Assembly: GCA_051362555.1 (NCBI GenBank) | Contig: CM120648.1 | Span: 15,558,587-15,622,586, forward strand | Direction: 5' to 3' | Length of the DNA: 64,000 nucleotides | DNA from: Lingula anatina | Taxonomy: Eukaryota; Animalia; Brachiopoda | Shown here: in pieces, positions 50,382 to 64,000 of the stretch | Layout: each line of letters begins with the position of its first letter | Numbering within the stretch: the first letter of the stretch is position 1 | Made by a program: the position numbers and the translations under genes | The notes under the pieces: generated by a model | Seen by the model: the letters and a program-made list of their open reading frames with translations, nothing else | Database searches by the model: none | What the model was told of the DNA's origin: nothing

Positions 50382-53229
50382 CGCGGGGGTCTGCCAGGCT
50401 AAAGAAATGCTCAAATTGATGTGTGGATAATAATTTACACGCATGGATGATTAGAGTCCAAAGTTGTAGATTAGATAATACCACAGTAATCAACATGAAA
50501 AATGTTATTATATCTCCTTTACGGTGATTGATTTTTACTTACTGTTTTTATATATATTGTTATTACAATGAGATCAGTACTTCTTATATTTGAACATATT
50601 TTGCTGTGATCCCAAGTAAACTGATATGTTTTAATTTAGGCCCAGTCTTGAAAGTCCAATTGGGGAGGGGAATGACCACAGTACGCTGGAAGCTAAATCA
50701 TCAATACACAAATTATAGTATATTATTATCTCACTGATAGTAGGCATTTTAAGAATATTCTGAAAATCTCGTATCATCGGGTACAGTGTCTTTGTTTAAC
50801 GAAGGGCGGAGAATAAACAATTGCATTCACAATTCGCGTGAATGGGGTACGTGCTTCACGAATCACGCTAAATAAGATGAACGTTTCACACACCTCGAGA
50901 AATAAATAGCTGTATTTTCTACATATTTGTTCTGAAAGTACATTTTTCTCCTAGAATTTGAGCAGCATTTATCTGATTTTGATTAAATACTTTAAGTAAG
51001 TCGGATATTTCAGGTACATAATGTGTTGCGTTTCTCTTGTTTTTAATTTTCCCATATTTTTAATGTTATTTTATTTCTTTAGCCTACGCATTTTGTACGG
51101 GTTTTGGTGACAATATTTCATCTTTCCCTGGAAGATAGGCTTCATCGCCTTACTCAATGTGACGTTTCCGGTACAGCTTTACACCGTTGAAAAGGCTTGT
51201 AAAGAGAATATTCAGACCCATTTCCTGAAGAGTAAAAGAGCTGAAAATTGTCTTTTTGTGCTGTGTCTGTGATACCCTAATACCTCTCTATAGACAAATG
51301 CCGAATTTGGCCTATTCTACCAAGAGTCAAGGAGTCAACCTGCGACAAATTGGTATATAAACATATGGAAAAGAGAACGGGAAAGTATGAAAGCATGAAG
51401 ACAACAGACAATAAAAATATCTGCAGAAAACCAAGGAGACAGTGTACAGACAAAGAAAGAAGCACAAATAGACAATGGTATCAATACATTTACTGGTCAG
51501 TCTGACATATAACTTCTGGAAAATACCAGTTTCTGAGGGCCGTTTCAAAAAGAAGTGAAATGTCAACACAACAAAACATGAAATACACTTAGATTCTGCA
51601 GAATTGATGGAATCATGACTTAAAGTGTGTAAAGAACATAACACAAGTGCAGAGAAAGCAGATAGAAAGAACACTTTTAATTTAAAACAAATTATGTTTA
51701 CCCCTCCGATGAATGCCAAACAAAACTGGGGACTATATCCCTCACTTTCTTCTGACCCACAAAGAAAGTTTATGTACAGGGCAGTACCTATTTGAGTTGG
51801 ACAAAACAACATTTCCTGCTGATCAGTGAGAAAGTTGCAGTAGCTACAAGAAAGCAGAATGAGAATGCTACACCACCAGCAAATGAGAACACTACACCAG
51901 CCAATGTGAAAATTGTCAATAATACTGATCAAGAGGAAAACCCAGGTAGAAAGAAAGGGACCTCACTCCCTAATTGATACAACTGGGAAGGGAACATATA
52001 CCCTAGCCCCAAAAGAGGATTTCTTGCCATTAGAGGAGTCATTCACAGGACAGTATCCAAATTACAGAAAAGAAACAAGCCTACATAGAATAGAAATGGA
52101 ACACGGTTAGGTGATCTTCTAAGCTTCTCAATTTCCATTTAAAAGAATAGTGATCATTGGCAGCCCTAGAAGAATGTGTGAGGAAAATGGAAAGAAGTGA
52201 AAACAGCTCAGAGGATACCAGGGTTAAAACTGTGTAAGAAGCAAAACAGACACTCCAACAACAGCAACATAATATGGAAGTAACAACAGAGAACCTTCAA
52301 AGTCAAATCTCAGTAAAGAAAAAGAAGTCAGAAAATATTAGTCACAAGAACTAAGTAGCTCACATCTGGAAATAGAGACAGCCCTGGGGACACCCAGACA
52401 CAGGACACTCAGACAAAAACCACAACAAAGCTCAGGAGACTACCGCAAGAGGCAAAATGAACCAGCTAATAGCCAAGGCAAAGAATACACGAACAAACAT
52501 GCTCCACAAGGAACTGGAACTAAACAATTATCCATGAGTTCATCTGCTGTGCATCCTATTCCAGTTGAACAAATGCGGGTGGATTCCAAGACCAAATCCA
52601 GCAGGCTAAGCACCCTACCCAAGAAACAAAAATGATAAAACAGACAGATTCCAGCAGGAACAACTACCAAACATAACAGGCAAATGTAGCCTGCCACACA
52701 AAAGTCAAATATTGCAGTGAAAACATAAATACAACAAAAAAGGAAGGCACAGGCCCTGGCATTTGCTTTGCTTCTAAATGACACATTTGTGTATGAAGGG
52801 AAACATTCATGAATGTAGATTATGCATACCAAACTCTATAAACTAGACAGACACCACGTGAAGGTCAGAATTGGAAAACCTACAATGGAATGTACCTTCA
52901 TTGGAAAAGCTATTAAAGTAAAGATGAAAGATGATACCAGTTTTAAAGTGACACTGTCTAACTCTGGCAACAAACATCTCATTAACAAATCTACTGGTGA
53001 GTTCTGGGGAATTGGAAATGGGAATGGGAGCAATATGATGGGCCAAATACTAGAGAGAATGCGACCCACAGCACAGAAAGAATCCATACCACTGATACAG
53101 CAATTTAAAACCCACAAGCCAACTAAACAAGCTGAAGCAACCATCCCAAAGCCACATATAAACAACAATAACGGAGGAACAAAAAACACTGAACGGCTTA
53201 CATAACACAACGAGGACCCAGTATGAAAA

Positions 53230-54150
53230 CAAGATAACCCCCATAAACTCAGAAATGTGACTATCTTGGACTATGTTGGAAAACTGGGTGAGACATACGT
53301 GAAGATACTACCTAGAAAAATACATACGTGAAGATACTACTGAAAAGATTGCATAAAATATAAAAAAGTGCATTTCATCCCTGTAAACCAGCGCTTACCA
53401 ACGCATGAATGGCATAAATCCGTCACGAGCAGGCACGAGCATGCTAGCCAGATGTCTCAAAGCAGGCTGGAATGATACCCAACTTCCAAATTCTGAGGGG
53501 GGAAAACGAATGGATGACAATACAGGCAACACAACACTACTGAACAATGGCTACAAGGATGCAGCTCCACACCAAGAGAACATTAAGCCAAACCCAGATC
53601 TCCAGTGACAGCAACAGGGCCTAATACCTCAGAAACCCCGCAAAACATATATATAATGCATAACAACCCAAGTGCGGATACCAACAACTACCTGAAAATA
53701 GACAAGGTTGTCATCTCCAGTTCTATAGGGAAAGATCTCCAAGCAGAAATACTCTTCCCAAGGGCAAACAGCCGCTGCTTTATAGTTAATGGAAAGAAAA
53801 GTTCAGATGGCAAAAATCTAATGACAGAAAAACATAATGGACAGCCCAGAACTGTCACAGTCATCATGGGCTCTAATAACATCAGTTCAGGCCAACCCCC
53901 GCAGCAGGTGGCAAAGGAACTAAGAGGACTAGCCAACAACATAAGACAACATAAGAAACAAAAATTGTCAGTGATATTCTCCCCCGCTTGGGAAATGAAA
54001 AAAAAAAAAAAAAAAAAAAAAAACAGCGCGAATGCACTACAGGCAAATGGCATTATTTCGGACTTCTGCTACTTCTTCCCTATTTACTGCAGATGGAATA
54101 CACCTCACCTTGCCTGGAGTTATCACTCTTGCACGTAATATCAAGATGAC
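53230..54150 (+). pseudogene. SGNH/GDSL esterase-like domain(s) of the LINE ORF1
   Basis: VVISSSIGKDL (GDS block), TVIMGSNNI (GxN block), FTADGIHLTLPGVITLARNIK (DxxH block); an additional NGINPSRAGTSMLARCLK block at 53405. Confidence 0.65.
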
Positions 54151-54800
54151 TTCAGGCATCATGCCTCCAAGCAGTTTCTACGTCTCCCACTCATACCAGC
54201 CCAGAGGAAAACGCATCCTTATCCTCGTGACATCCAGCAGCACTAACACTACATAGGAAATGGGCTGAAAATGCTACATTTGTTCCTTAACAGGCTGGAA
54301 AGCCAACTTTGCCATCACCCAGAATTACGATGAAAGCAGCAGTTATATGATACTGACAAAGACTAACTGGACATATCAAAGTGATAAATGAAGTGAGAAC
54401 TACAAACTTATTAATTACTGTATATTTCTCTATCAATCTCACATCATATCACAAATATATATGAAATTTAATTAAATGGGTCTCAGCAATCAAAGATGCT
54501 CAGGTTAACATGAAAGAACGGTTAGCAGATCACCACCCCCTATTCACATTTGCTTAATTATCGCATACATAGAGCATAATAAGTAATCTAAAAGTAATAG
54601 TTCTCTGATATTTAGAAAAGTTAGATCATTGTTGCCATGCAACCTTGTAATACCACTCAAATATATTGAAATGCCAAGGCTTTCAACTCATGCTGGCAAT
54701 GCAAAATTTATATACTCATACATATCTAGATGTATGTATGTATGTATGTATGTATTCTCAGATTAAAAAAATATTAAAAAATAATTAAAAAGTATATTTA

Positions 54801-54842
54801 TATGTATAACTTCAACCCTCGGGTTGCAATATATTAATAAAG

Positions 54843-54886
<44 letters not shown>
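54801..54886 (+). mobile_element. Isolated 3' tail of the CR1/Zenon-like family seen at 31443-32045
   Basis: TATGTA.AACTTCAACCC..GGGTTGCAAT..TAATAAA(ATT)n shared with 31986-32045. Confidence 0.7.
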
Positions 54887-54888
<2 letters not shown>

Positions 54889-54999
54889 CTACATGTATTT
54901 AAATACACGTTTTAGTATACATATGTAGTTGGAGTAATTTCAAAGCTAGGCATACCTCAGCCAAACAATAGCTGTAGAGAAGGTAACAGTAGTAGCATT

Positions 55000-56149
55000 A
55001 TGCACTGTAACAGTATAAGGATAGGTGTTAGGAATAAACGTGGGCTTAGTGATAAGGTGAAAGATGAGGGTTTTGTAAACAGTCTATGTAAATATGATAT
55101 TGTAGGATTAGTAGAACTCTGGAGTTCAGAAAGATCAAACGTTGCACTACCAGGCAGCCAACATGCACACTTTCACCAGTTAGAAACCATAAGAGAAGAA
55201 AAGGCAGACTCTCTGGGGTATTGTTCTATACTACTGGAAAAATCTAAAATATTGCGTTACCATGTTAAAGAGTAAAGGTGAAGAACTGGGTACGAATGTC
55301 AGGCAACTTTTTTATTTGAAAATGATCTATACCTGTGTATAGTCTACATAAAACCATAAAACAGTACTAGTGGTGTAACTGGCATAAATGCATTTGGCAT
55401 TCTAGAACAAGAAACCACCATTTTCAGTCAGATGGGAAATGTAATGTTGGCAGGTTACTTTAAGAGTCGAACACATAACTTGCATGATTATATTGTAAAT
55501 GAAGGTAAAGGTGGTATAACCATCCAAGAAAGTTTTGTGTATGACTCTGTAGAAAAACACGCCATAATTTAGGTAACGAATTGAATAGCTATGGTAAATC
55601 TCTGATCAATCTTTGTATAGCAGCACAATTGAGGATCCTTAAAAGTAGGATCGGGTGTGATACTTTAGGATACTTCACGTGCTATAATAGTAAGGGAAAA
55701 AAGTGGGGTTGACTACATGGTGGCTGGTAAAGAGTTATTGAAACATATCAAGTACTTCTGCATTAAACCCATAGATCACATATCAAACCACTGTCAGCTA
55801 CAGTGCATACTTGAAAGTCCTGGAGGGCTACACGCATACAAAACACAACAGGAATTAAATATAATGAAGAACACATTTATTTTGAAAAATTAATCTAAGT
55901 AAATGTTCCAAAGTGCCCTCAGAAAAATGGAAATACAGAAAAATAATTGCCCTGTATGAGTCCAAATTTCAATGATGAAACTAGCATTAGCAATGCAGTG
56001 CATAAATTCACAAACATTATGGACTCAGCTGCCCAACTTTCCTAAATATTAGAAACTCAAAAAGTCAACTGAAGAACAAACGAAAGAACAAAAAGAAAGA
56101 ATTAAGAAATAATTTAATGTGTAATTTACAAAAATAAATAAATAAATAA

Positions 56150-56194
<45 letters not shown>

Positions 56195-56360
56195 TCTGGA
56201 GAATTGTCGATCAAATCAAAGACCAAAGCAAAACAGATCCTGCAGAGCTCATAGACCCCAAGAATCAGGTGACGTCATGTCTCCAGGTAACTACAGGGGG
56301 ATCTGTGTAAATAGTTCCCTGGAAAAACTACACACATCTCCATCAAACCACAGGTTACTA
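55000..56360 (+). pseudogene. RTE-X ORF2 5' part (APE endonuclease to RT start), heavily mutated
   Basis: IGVRNKRGLSDK..YDIVGLVELW; LAGYFKSRT (cf. GDFNSRT); VDY, SNHC; GDVMSPGNYRGICVNSSLEKL. Confidence 0.7.
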
Positions 56361-56369
56361 TATTTTATA

Positions 56370-59300
56370 AGCCTTAATGTCATGATACGGTGGCTTAAGT
56401 GACACAAAAACTGACTTCTGTGCCAACTTTTATACAATGTTCAGTACGATCCATGTACTTTTGTAGACATGTAAAGTGGTGCAGATGCATAACGTGACTA
56501 GGTGCCGGTCGATCTGACCTATCCACAATATAACATTAAAAATCAGCAAAAATAGCAGAATCACTTATCTCTGGAGGGAAAACATGTTTTTCCCAAGTGC
56601 AAAAATCCCTAAACAAAGATATCTGTCTATTATAAGACGACAATGTTGACTGAGCTAAACTAAATGCACTCTGCTTAGCCGCTCGCTCAGACGACCCAAT
56701 GGGCAGTAAGTGTTTCCCCCTGAGATCCTCCAGCCGTATTTCTTCCACTTAACATTGTTCAATGGTTCTGGTAATACTTGCAAACTTATAAATGGACTTT
56801 TTTAATATGCGAATAGGTGGAACAACAAACATCTTGATCAAACGTTGATACCATGACTGAGCTACCCACTTTGGATCTATTATTGTTGCTTCGGCCTAGC
56901 TACGATGAGGTGTGTCCAGCACCTTTGGTATCAAGTGAAATAAAGCATTTATATTTTTTTTTTCGAATGCCCAGTCCGTCTGGGCGAACGCAACTACCCC
57001 TGACGAAAGTTGATCTGAATACAGGCTGTTGCACTTGGGTAACTGATGTGTTAGCAGGGACGCAAAGCGGTCTTTTGTGTGTGGTCCCCAAATTCAGTCC
57101 AAGTAATGGAAGAGATCCGGCTTAAGTTTCCACTCGTATTTTGAAGCTGTTCTTTAAAGAATGTATGCTTTTGTATTGAGAACACCAGCTAGATGCTTGG
57201 CTGTAATACACATTTAGTACTTTATGGCAATTTTCCATGCTGCAGTTGCTAACTGAGTAAGTTCTACACTTGGTCCACCTTGAAAGTTCAAGTATGCTAT
57301 GGCAGTTATGTTGTCGGTCAATACAGTTTTGCCCTTGAACTGTCGAGCAAATGCATTTAGTGCCAGCAGTAGAGCTCACAGTTTGCGGTAATTCGATGAC
57401 TGGTATGCTATCCGAGCATTCCAAAGTCCTTGTGCCTCTTGACCGAGGCACATCGCCCACCATGCGAGGCTGGAGGCATCTGTACTTAACTGGGCCTCGA
57501 TTATCTGAGGTTGAATTGCCCGACCGTTGATGAAATTGCTGCATTCCACCATCCCTTGTCTAAGGTCAATACATCCTGCCATGATGACCTACTACGCAGT
57601 TAACGGTACAGATTCCTAAGTAACAGTTTACCAGGAATAACAGCCTTTGACATAGAAATGCACTGGCCAGCAATACGAACCAACCATCTAGCATTTCCAC
57701 TACCTTTGTGTAAATATTACGTTTTAGTTTTGCAATCCTTTTTGTTGGAATTTTGTATCCACACATTGTCATCTGAATTATTTGTAGACACAATATATCC
57801 TATGCATTCTTTAGTACATTCAGGTAATAAAGACGATTTCTCAAGGCTTATATGAAAACCTAAGTCTTCTAAGGTATCAACCAATAAATCTCTGTGTGAC
57901 AAAACATGATGACTATCTGCCATCAAAATTAAATTATCAACATATAAAACAGTGCGTACACCTACACTTCGTAAGTACTGCACTACAGGCTGCAATGTCT
58001 TGTAAAAAATATGGACTTAAATTCCACCCAAATGGAAATACATTCCATAGATAATACCTACCCTGCCATTCAATACCTTGATATTTCTGAAAGTGCTTTG
58101 ACACAGGTATGTGGTGAATACCATTCTTAATATCTAAAGTTATTAACCTATCCTTTGGTTTTACCTGGCCAATGACTGTATTGACATCTTCGTACTGAAA
58201 GGCAGGCCTAACATAATATTTATTAAGTTCACGCAATTCTATTATGAGTCTATATTTATTGTTGCGTTTAGGTACACACACACACAAAGGTGAAACACAA
58301 TGTGGTTTAGTCGCACACAATTCAATAGCACCTATCTGAGTTAAATATTCAATTTCTCTAGATATGTCACTCTGGCACCTCGAAAAAGGAACGATTTGGT
58401 AACTCAAAGCTAGATGGTTCATTTTGAACGGAAATTGAACTCCATTCTGTATCCAATCACACACACAGTTTTATTGGCACCTTTTTTAATCCAGTTTCAA
58501 TACTGTTATTGTATAGATGCAGCAAAATGTCTGGATGTAAACATATCCAAGAGAAACAGACAGCCAATCTCCTGGTAATTCTCTTCTTAGTTACTCAATG
58601 GGTGACTTTGTGAAGGTTGCAGTGATGTAAAAACTCCTGGCGGAAGTAAATGCATGAAAGGAATATCTATTATCTATGTTGTATTGCCTGAAATTTCTAT
58701 AGTTCCCACGACCACGGGATCCCCCTGAGTTTGTCTTTAAGACTATAGCAGTTGAAGATATTGCCGAAATTTGAGCTGCACGCCGAATATGTTTTTAATG
58801 CAGAAGGGTTAAACTTAAATGCACAGTGTTTTTCTCCAAACACCTGTACAGCTTTGTAATCTCAGAGTTAAAGTTACTTCTCACCATTAATGACGCAAAT
58901 TCACCATATAGGAAGTTTATTTCTGCATGGAGTATTGTAAACAACTGGTCCAATTCAGATTCAGTCGAAGTAACCCCTCGGTTTGACATAAGTCTGTCAG
59001 AGACTGAGGAAAGCCATGTAAGTCCTGTTCCCGTATAAAGTGCACATTTGCTTATAGCCGTTAGTGCTGTTTGACACTCCTTAGCAATGCCTTGCTTTTT
59101 ATCAAAAACGTTTAAATTATTAGGCAGTTTTAATTTTTGCAAAGCCTCTTTCAGGGACTAGTATTCCATCTGTAACTCGGCTGCGTCAGAATTTAAGTTC
59201 GGTCCAACGGGACCGAGTTGACGGCGTCCAACAGTAACTTCAACTTCTTTACCGGAACGATTGGATGCCTCGTGACTGGCCTCGTGGATGGCATTAAAAT

Positions 59301-59560
59301 GATAACCAGTACCAACTTAAAAGTTTTCTTCTCTAGCACTCTTTCTGTGTCTTATCCCTGTTTGTTCCTCTTTCACATCGTGAACCTCCCATTCAATTAT
59401 TCCCAAAGATTCTATGATCTTTTGCAAATCGCCTTGGTCGTTCTCCAGACTTACGGCCATGCTCTTGAAATATGCAAGAGAAAAAGCCGATAGACTAAGT
59501 CGCCACCTGGCGACTTTAACATGAACTAAATACATTCCATGTGACTTCAATCCGCATCAG
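56370..59560 (-). mobile_element. DIRS-group (tyrosine-recombinase) retrotransposon, truncated and frameshifted
   Basis: On the minus strand in order: gag-like (about 59550-58600), RT (VPK..KYRLI, TLDIKNGIHHI, FPFGWNLSPY, LYVDN), RNase H (TDASS, SSNYR.L), methyltransferase-like segment, and the integrase N-terminal helical domain (LAQSTLSSYNR..FRDFC). The catalytic recombinase domain is missing; boundaries approximate. Confidence 0.85.
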
Positions 59561-59564
59561 TTAC

Positions 59565-60655
59565 CTACTATACAATGTACGCAGATGGATTCGAAATTTT
59601 ATCCAAATCAGTAGGATTGCAAACATGTCTTGACAACCTGGATAGATATTGTAAAAAGTGTAACTGACAAATGTCACCAATGAATACACATACTTAGGAA
59701 TCAATCTGAAGTCAAGTGGATCATTCAAAAGTGCACTCAATGACCTTTAAGGCAAAGCAATGAAAGCCAACTTCATGATAAAATTAACACCATCCTCCCC
59801 AGCAAAAATAACTCTTACTCATTTTACACTGAAACTGTTCGATACATAAATCAAACTCATTCTTCTATATGGCTGTGAAATTTACGGACCTACTCTCATT
59901 GCTAAAAACCTGAACTCTATCAAATTTATTAACACGTTCCCTTTTGAACATGTCCACAACAAATTCTGCATATCACTAATGAGAATTCAACATAACAGCA
60001 GTAACATAGCAGCCAAAGCAGACTCCCACTTACACAAAGTGTACTTAAACAAACAGCAGCATACCCAAAACGATTTACAGACGTCCCAGATAGACAACTT
60101 TAAAAAAGGTATATCAAAGTTAAACCCTTGAGATAAAAACAAACTGAAACTGGAGACAGAATATGGACAAATTCGACCATTTTTTCCCAACAGGCGCAGC
60201 CTCCAGATAAATAAAAATGAAATGAGTAAAGCTTTCGGCGACCAATACAAAATGCTATTTTATAATTAATTAGAGTATGGGCAACTGAGAACATAAAAGC
60301 TATACAAATTATGGAGCCGAAAAATACTTAAATGCTCCCCTACCAAAACAGGAACACCAGAACCTCGCAAAAATTGAGAATCGGGGCCCACGATCTAGAA
60401 ATACAGAAAGGCAGATTTCAAAAACCCATCCCTCTACCGCCTGGAAAGAGAATATGTAGGCTTTGCAGACAAGTAGTAGAGACTGAAATGCATTTCCTGT
60501 TGCTATGTCCCCAAATATGAAAAACAAAGAAAGAATCTTAACAAACAATTAGTCCGAAAATCAAACCACAATGAACAATTCAAATCATTAATGCAAAACA
60601 GAAATCAGGGCTCAATGCAGAATCTAGCTAGATACATAACAATATGTAACTAAAA
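59565..60655 (+). pseudogene. RTE-X ORF2 3' part (RT C-terminus and CCHC zinc finger)
   Basis: YADG..LSKSVGLQTCLDNLDRYC, EYTYLGI..SSGSF, LKLFD..ILLYGCEIYG, EHVHNKFC, C-terminal RICRLC..HFLLLCP. Confidence 0.75.
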
Positions 60656-63046
60656 AAGATCTAGTTTTCTCTACCACCACCACCTTAAAATACAGAATTT
60701 ATCAAATTGTAAAATTTTCACCTCTGATAATGGATGTATAACATAATTTACATTTAAGTATACACTAAGTATAAACCTATCTCAATGTGGTGCTTATGTA
60801 ATTGTTTGACCAAAGCCTTTGGAAAATTGTGCTAGAACTAATAAAGATTATTAATATTATTATTATAATTATTATATTCTGTAAAACTCATTACGTTACA
60901 TATTACCATACCTACTCTGAATTACGATACATAAATACCTACCAATGTTTCGTTATACTGAACTCATCAACAGACTCGGCATTTTCTGTAAAATAAAATA
61001 TGAAAACATCATAGTGCATTCTGAGGAAACGTTTTACTTATTACTTATGGAATAAACTCTTAGTTTTGCACAACTGTACAGATATGTGTTCATCAAAATA
61101 ATGGATGATGAAGGCAGAAGAAATATCAAAGAGGCAGGCGCAGTTCTTTATATAATGTTGTATTGACCTACAAACACACTGATTAAGACATAAGGAGAGG
61201 AAAGCCCACACTTTTGTGGAAAGGGTCATCTTTAAAAATATTAATTACCTTTGTCCATTTTGAATGTTAAACAATAGATATTTGATACATAAAACTGACA
61301 TATTAGTAAACACTTAATCTGATCTTAATTTTTTTATACTGTTTTATTTTAAGTCCCCAATATATATGATGTTTTGTCTACCTTTTGTTATGATTGGGAC
61401 AGTTCCGTACGGACATTTTATGCAGTCGCATGCTAAGGGTGTGCCTTGTTTCCAACATTCCTTAGGTCTGCGGGGGCCGTAACCTTTTTTGTCATCACAA
61501 AAGCATTTAGATTCGGAAATCTAAAAAAGAAAACAATAAGAACAACCTGGATTTAATTCTGTTTGCTATTATAGGATATACACTTGCCATGTCATGAAAT
61601 GATGCGTAATTGCAGTTTAACACGTGAATTATTTTCTCTAAAAGTGTTTGTTAATCCTTACTCTGTTACAATTTTAGCAAAATTTAAGAACTGGATAAAA
61701 CTGGTTTCGTTTGACCCTATGGAGTCGTTTACAGAAGGTTGCATTAATAATCAGTTTAAAAGCTGGTGTGATATAATTTTTTTCGTTCAGGGCTATTCTT
61801 AATCCGTGGGATCATCTTTGAGATCACGTGCAAAGAGGAGCATAATAGGTCAAGCTGTGGGTGTTTTACTGTATAGTAACATAAGGAGTTTTAGGGCTGC
61901 TTTTCTCTGAGAGATAATATACTTTCAACGATCTTTTTAATGTGCATTGACGCGTGAATGAGAGACAAGATGGTATTTTTGTAAGCTGCTATATTTAGCT
62001 ACTCACTCCATTGCACTCCATTGCGTGACAGCTGTGACATCTAGGATCTGGTATGCATTGTTTGTCCGATATAAAAATCCTAAAGATATCTTATGATTTC
62101 ATATGATGTAACGTGTTGTGGTCCAAAAATTCCCGAGTATACTGTAAAAACGGTGTTTAGCTCCTAAACACATTTCTAAGCGCCTGTTTTGTCTAATTTT
62201 TTGGGCGCGTTTAGCTTCTTAATGTATTTTGGCAATTCTCTTAACTCTATTGTTTGAAACTACATGCTGGTGCTTGGTTGGTTTTTGTTGCAAAAATGAT
62301 TCTGTATACATCTTTATCAGGCCTATTTTAAATAAGGCTGGGCACGAAGCATTCGCGCAGGCTCCTCCACGCTTTCAACAGCTCCACATGTTTACAGGGG
62401 GAAGTGTTTAGTCAAACTGTTGAGCTTTGTAATAAACTTGTTATGGGACTTATTATGAAACTGATCACATAGCTTAACCCTCAATCACCTTTCAGGGGCC
62501 TCGCAGGCCCGGACCCTTGTATCTTTTGCTCTCTCTTCATTCGCATGAGGTTTTGAGCCTGTTCCTTTCATGTAATCCTCAAGCAACTTATACCACATCA
62601 ATGGATAAATAATTAGTTTTGAAATAATTTACAACATATGTAGAAATTAACTTTTCCAAAAGTTAGTCCCATTTCCTGGAAACCGGGCCTCTGAGGCCCG
62701 GTCGCTTGATAACTTTACTTCCACATGGGATAAATAAGTCCATGTTACCTCAAATAGCTTTGCTATAAAATGTTTTACACAAGCAATATCATGTGTGCTA
62801 TGACTATCAGTATGGTCAATGAAATCTGCCTGTGAAAGATTCAAGACCTGGAGAAATTATTATTTATGAGTAATCGGTCACCTTGGTCACCTGATATGCA
62901 GATATCAGTTTAAATCTATCATTATTACATACCTGATAGACTGCTCTACCTTTGCGAAACTTTCCATTTTGAGAAAAAAAAAAACGTTTTTCATACACAG
63001 TGTATACTCATGCACCCAGGTGGAGGTAAAGCGAGCAAGGGACTGG

Positions 63047-64000
63047 TGTAACATGAAAATCTGACTCCCCCAGTCAGATTTTCATAATGAAAATCTGACT
63101 CCCCATGAAAATTTGACTCCCCCTCCACAAATGTTCATAAATCTTATTTTATTTGAGTATATGACTGTGATATTATAGTATGTAAAATGGAGGATACTTT
63201 GGCACTTTTTTTTAAGTTTGCAGGTGAATATTTTCATGAAAAAAATATGAAAATTAAAAATGTGCACTTAACCGCCCATTGTCTCCCCTTTGAAAAAGCT
63301 ATTTATTTGATATTGGATGATCATTTCTACATGTTTCCTTTAAATTTACTTTATGAAGATTATATTGGAAATATTTGAAAGTTTGATGGTAAACTATTGG
63401 GTGAAAAAACTAAATAAAAAAAACATGAAAAATAGAAAATTAAAAATGTGCATTTTATCACCCAATAACTCCCCTATGAAAAAGCTATTTATTTGATATT
63501 TGATGATCATTCTGACATTTTTTTTAGGATACTTTATGAAAAATATATTGGAAATATTTAAAAGTTTGATGATAAAATAGTGAGTGAAAGAATGAAAAAT
63601 AAATCATGAAAATCTTCATTTTTATGCCCATGAGATTTGGATTCCCATAAAGAAAAGGACCTATTTTATATTCAGTCACCATACCATAGTCTACATAGTT
63701 TGCACAGAGATGTACATTTTGTTATTATTTGAAAGTTTGGTGGTGAAAATTTTGGTGAATATTTTTAAAACAAGTATTCATCTTACTACCTGTAGGTTTT
63801 GCACTTCCATGTCAAAATGCTACATTTTTAACTCAAGAAATTGGCCCCATCGCCTTTTTACTTAATTCTTCTTATATAGCATACCCAGTATTTTACCATT
63901 CAAACTTTCAAATATTTCCAATATATTCTTCATTAGGTATCCTTAAAGAAAAGATGTCAGAATGATCATCAAATATCAAATAGATAGCCTTTTCATAGGG
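63047..64000. mobile_element. Ginger-like foldback element with modular internal repeats, running off the window
   Basis: Starts TGTAACATGAAAATCTGACTCCCC after CTGG; ATGAAAAT.TGACTCCCC repeated three times plus one inverted; about 185-bp tandem units (about 63240 and 63425) with an inverted copy at about 63890-64000. Confidence 0.7.

Larger units (their letters stand above)
51240..60878 (+). mobile_element. Decayed RTE-X-clade LINE, interrupted by a DIRS-type element and a CR1 tail
   Basis: Esterase-bearing ORF1 region, APE start, RT motifs on both sides of the DIRS insert, C-terminal KLRIGAHDLEIQKGRF..RICRLC..ETEMHFLLLCP and AATAAAG(ATT)n tail; 5' boundary approximate. Confidence 0.75.

Noticed and set aside
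51140-51250. Hammerhead-like CTGAAGA..GAAA near the RTE-X 5' end
   Set aside because: No pairing stem II between the core motifs.
51277-53244. Minus-strand hydrophobic ORFs (up to 201 aa)
   Set aside because: Antisense shadows of the A-rich decayed LINE ORF1.
53293-53341. Short direct duplication ACATACGTGAAGATACTAC
   Set aside because: Ordinary local slippage or repair duplication inside a dead element.

Overview
AT-rich, intron- and microsatellite-containing metazoan genomic DNA. The repeat spectrum suggests a marine invertebrate such as a mollusc, but this is inference only. No rRNA, tRNA, CRISPR or prokaryotic genes were seen, and most ORFs in the track are noise. The window is dominated by transposable elements. 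(i) A four-level nest at 15.5-25.0 kb: a small TIR MITE contains a modular foldback element, which contains a full-length but frameshifted L1/Tx1-clade LINE, which contains a young 5'-truncated L2 LINE. (ii) Tc1 and DIRS relics and a Harbinger deletion derivative (25.9-29.1 kb). (iii) A TTAA-flanked Kolobok-like element holding CR1-type fragments (29.8-35.0 kb). (iv) A TTAA-flanked Sola3-like element with very long two-tier inverted repeats (42.5-47.0 kb). (v) A decayed RTE-X LINE interrupted by a DIRS-type retrotransposon (51-61 kb). (vi) Ginger-like TGT..ACA elements. The most interesting non-TE signal is invisible to the ORF track: a minus-strand gene at about 36.3-42.2 kb built from tandemly duplicated, frame-symmetric 27-33 nt micro-exons spliced to a 68-nt terminal coding exon. 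A possible second small-exon gene lies on the opposite strand at about 47.7-50.4 kb. All family assignments come from motif recognition by eye, not database searches.
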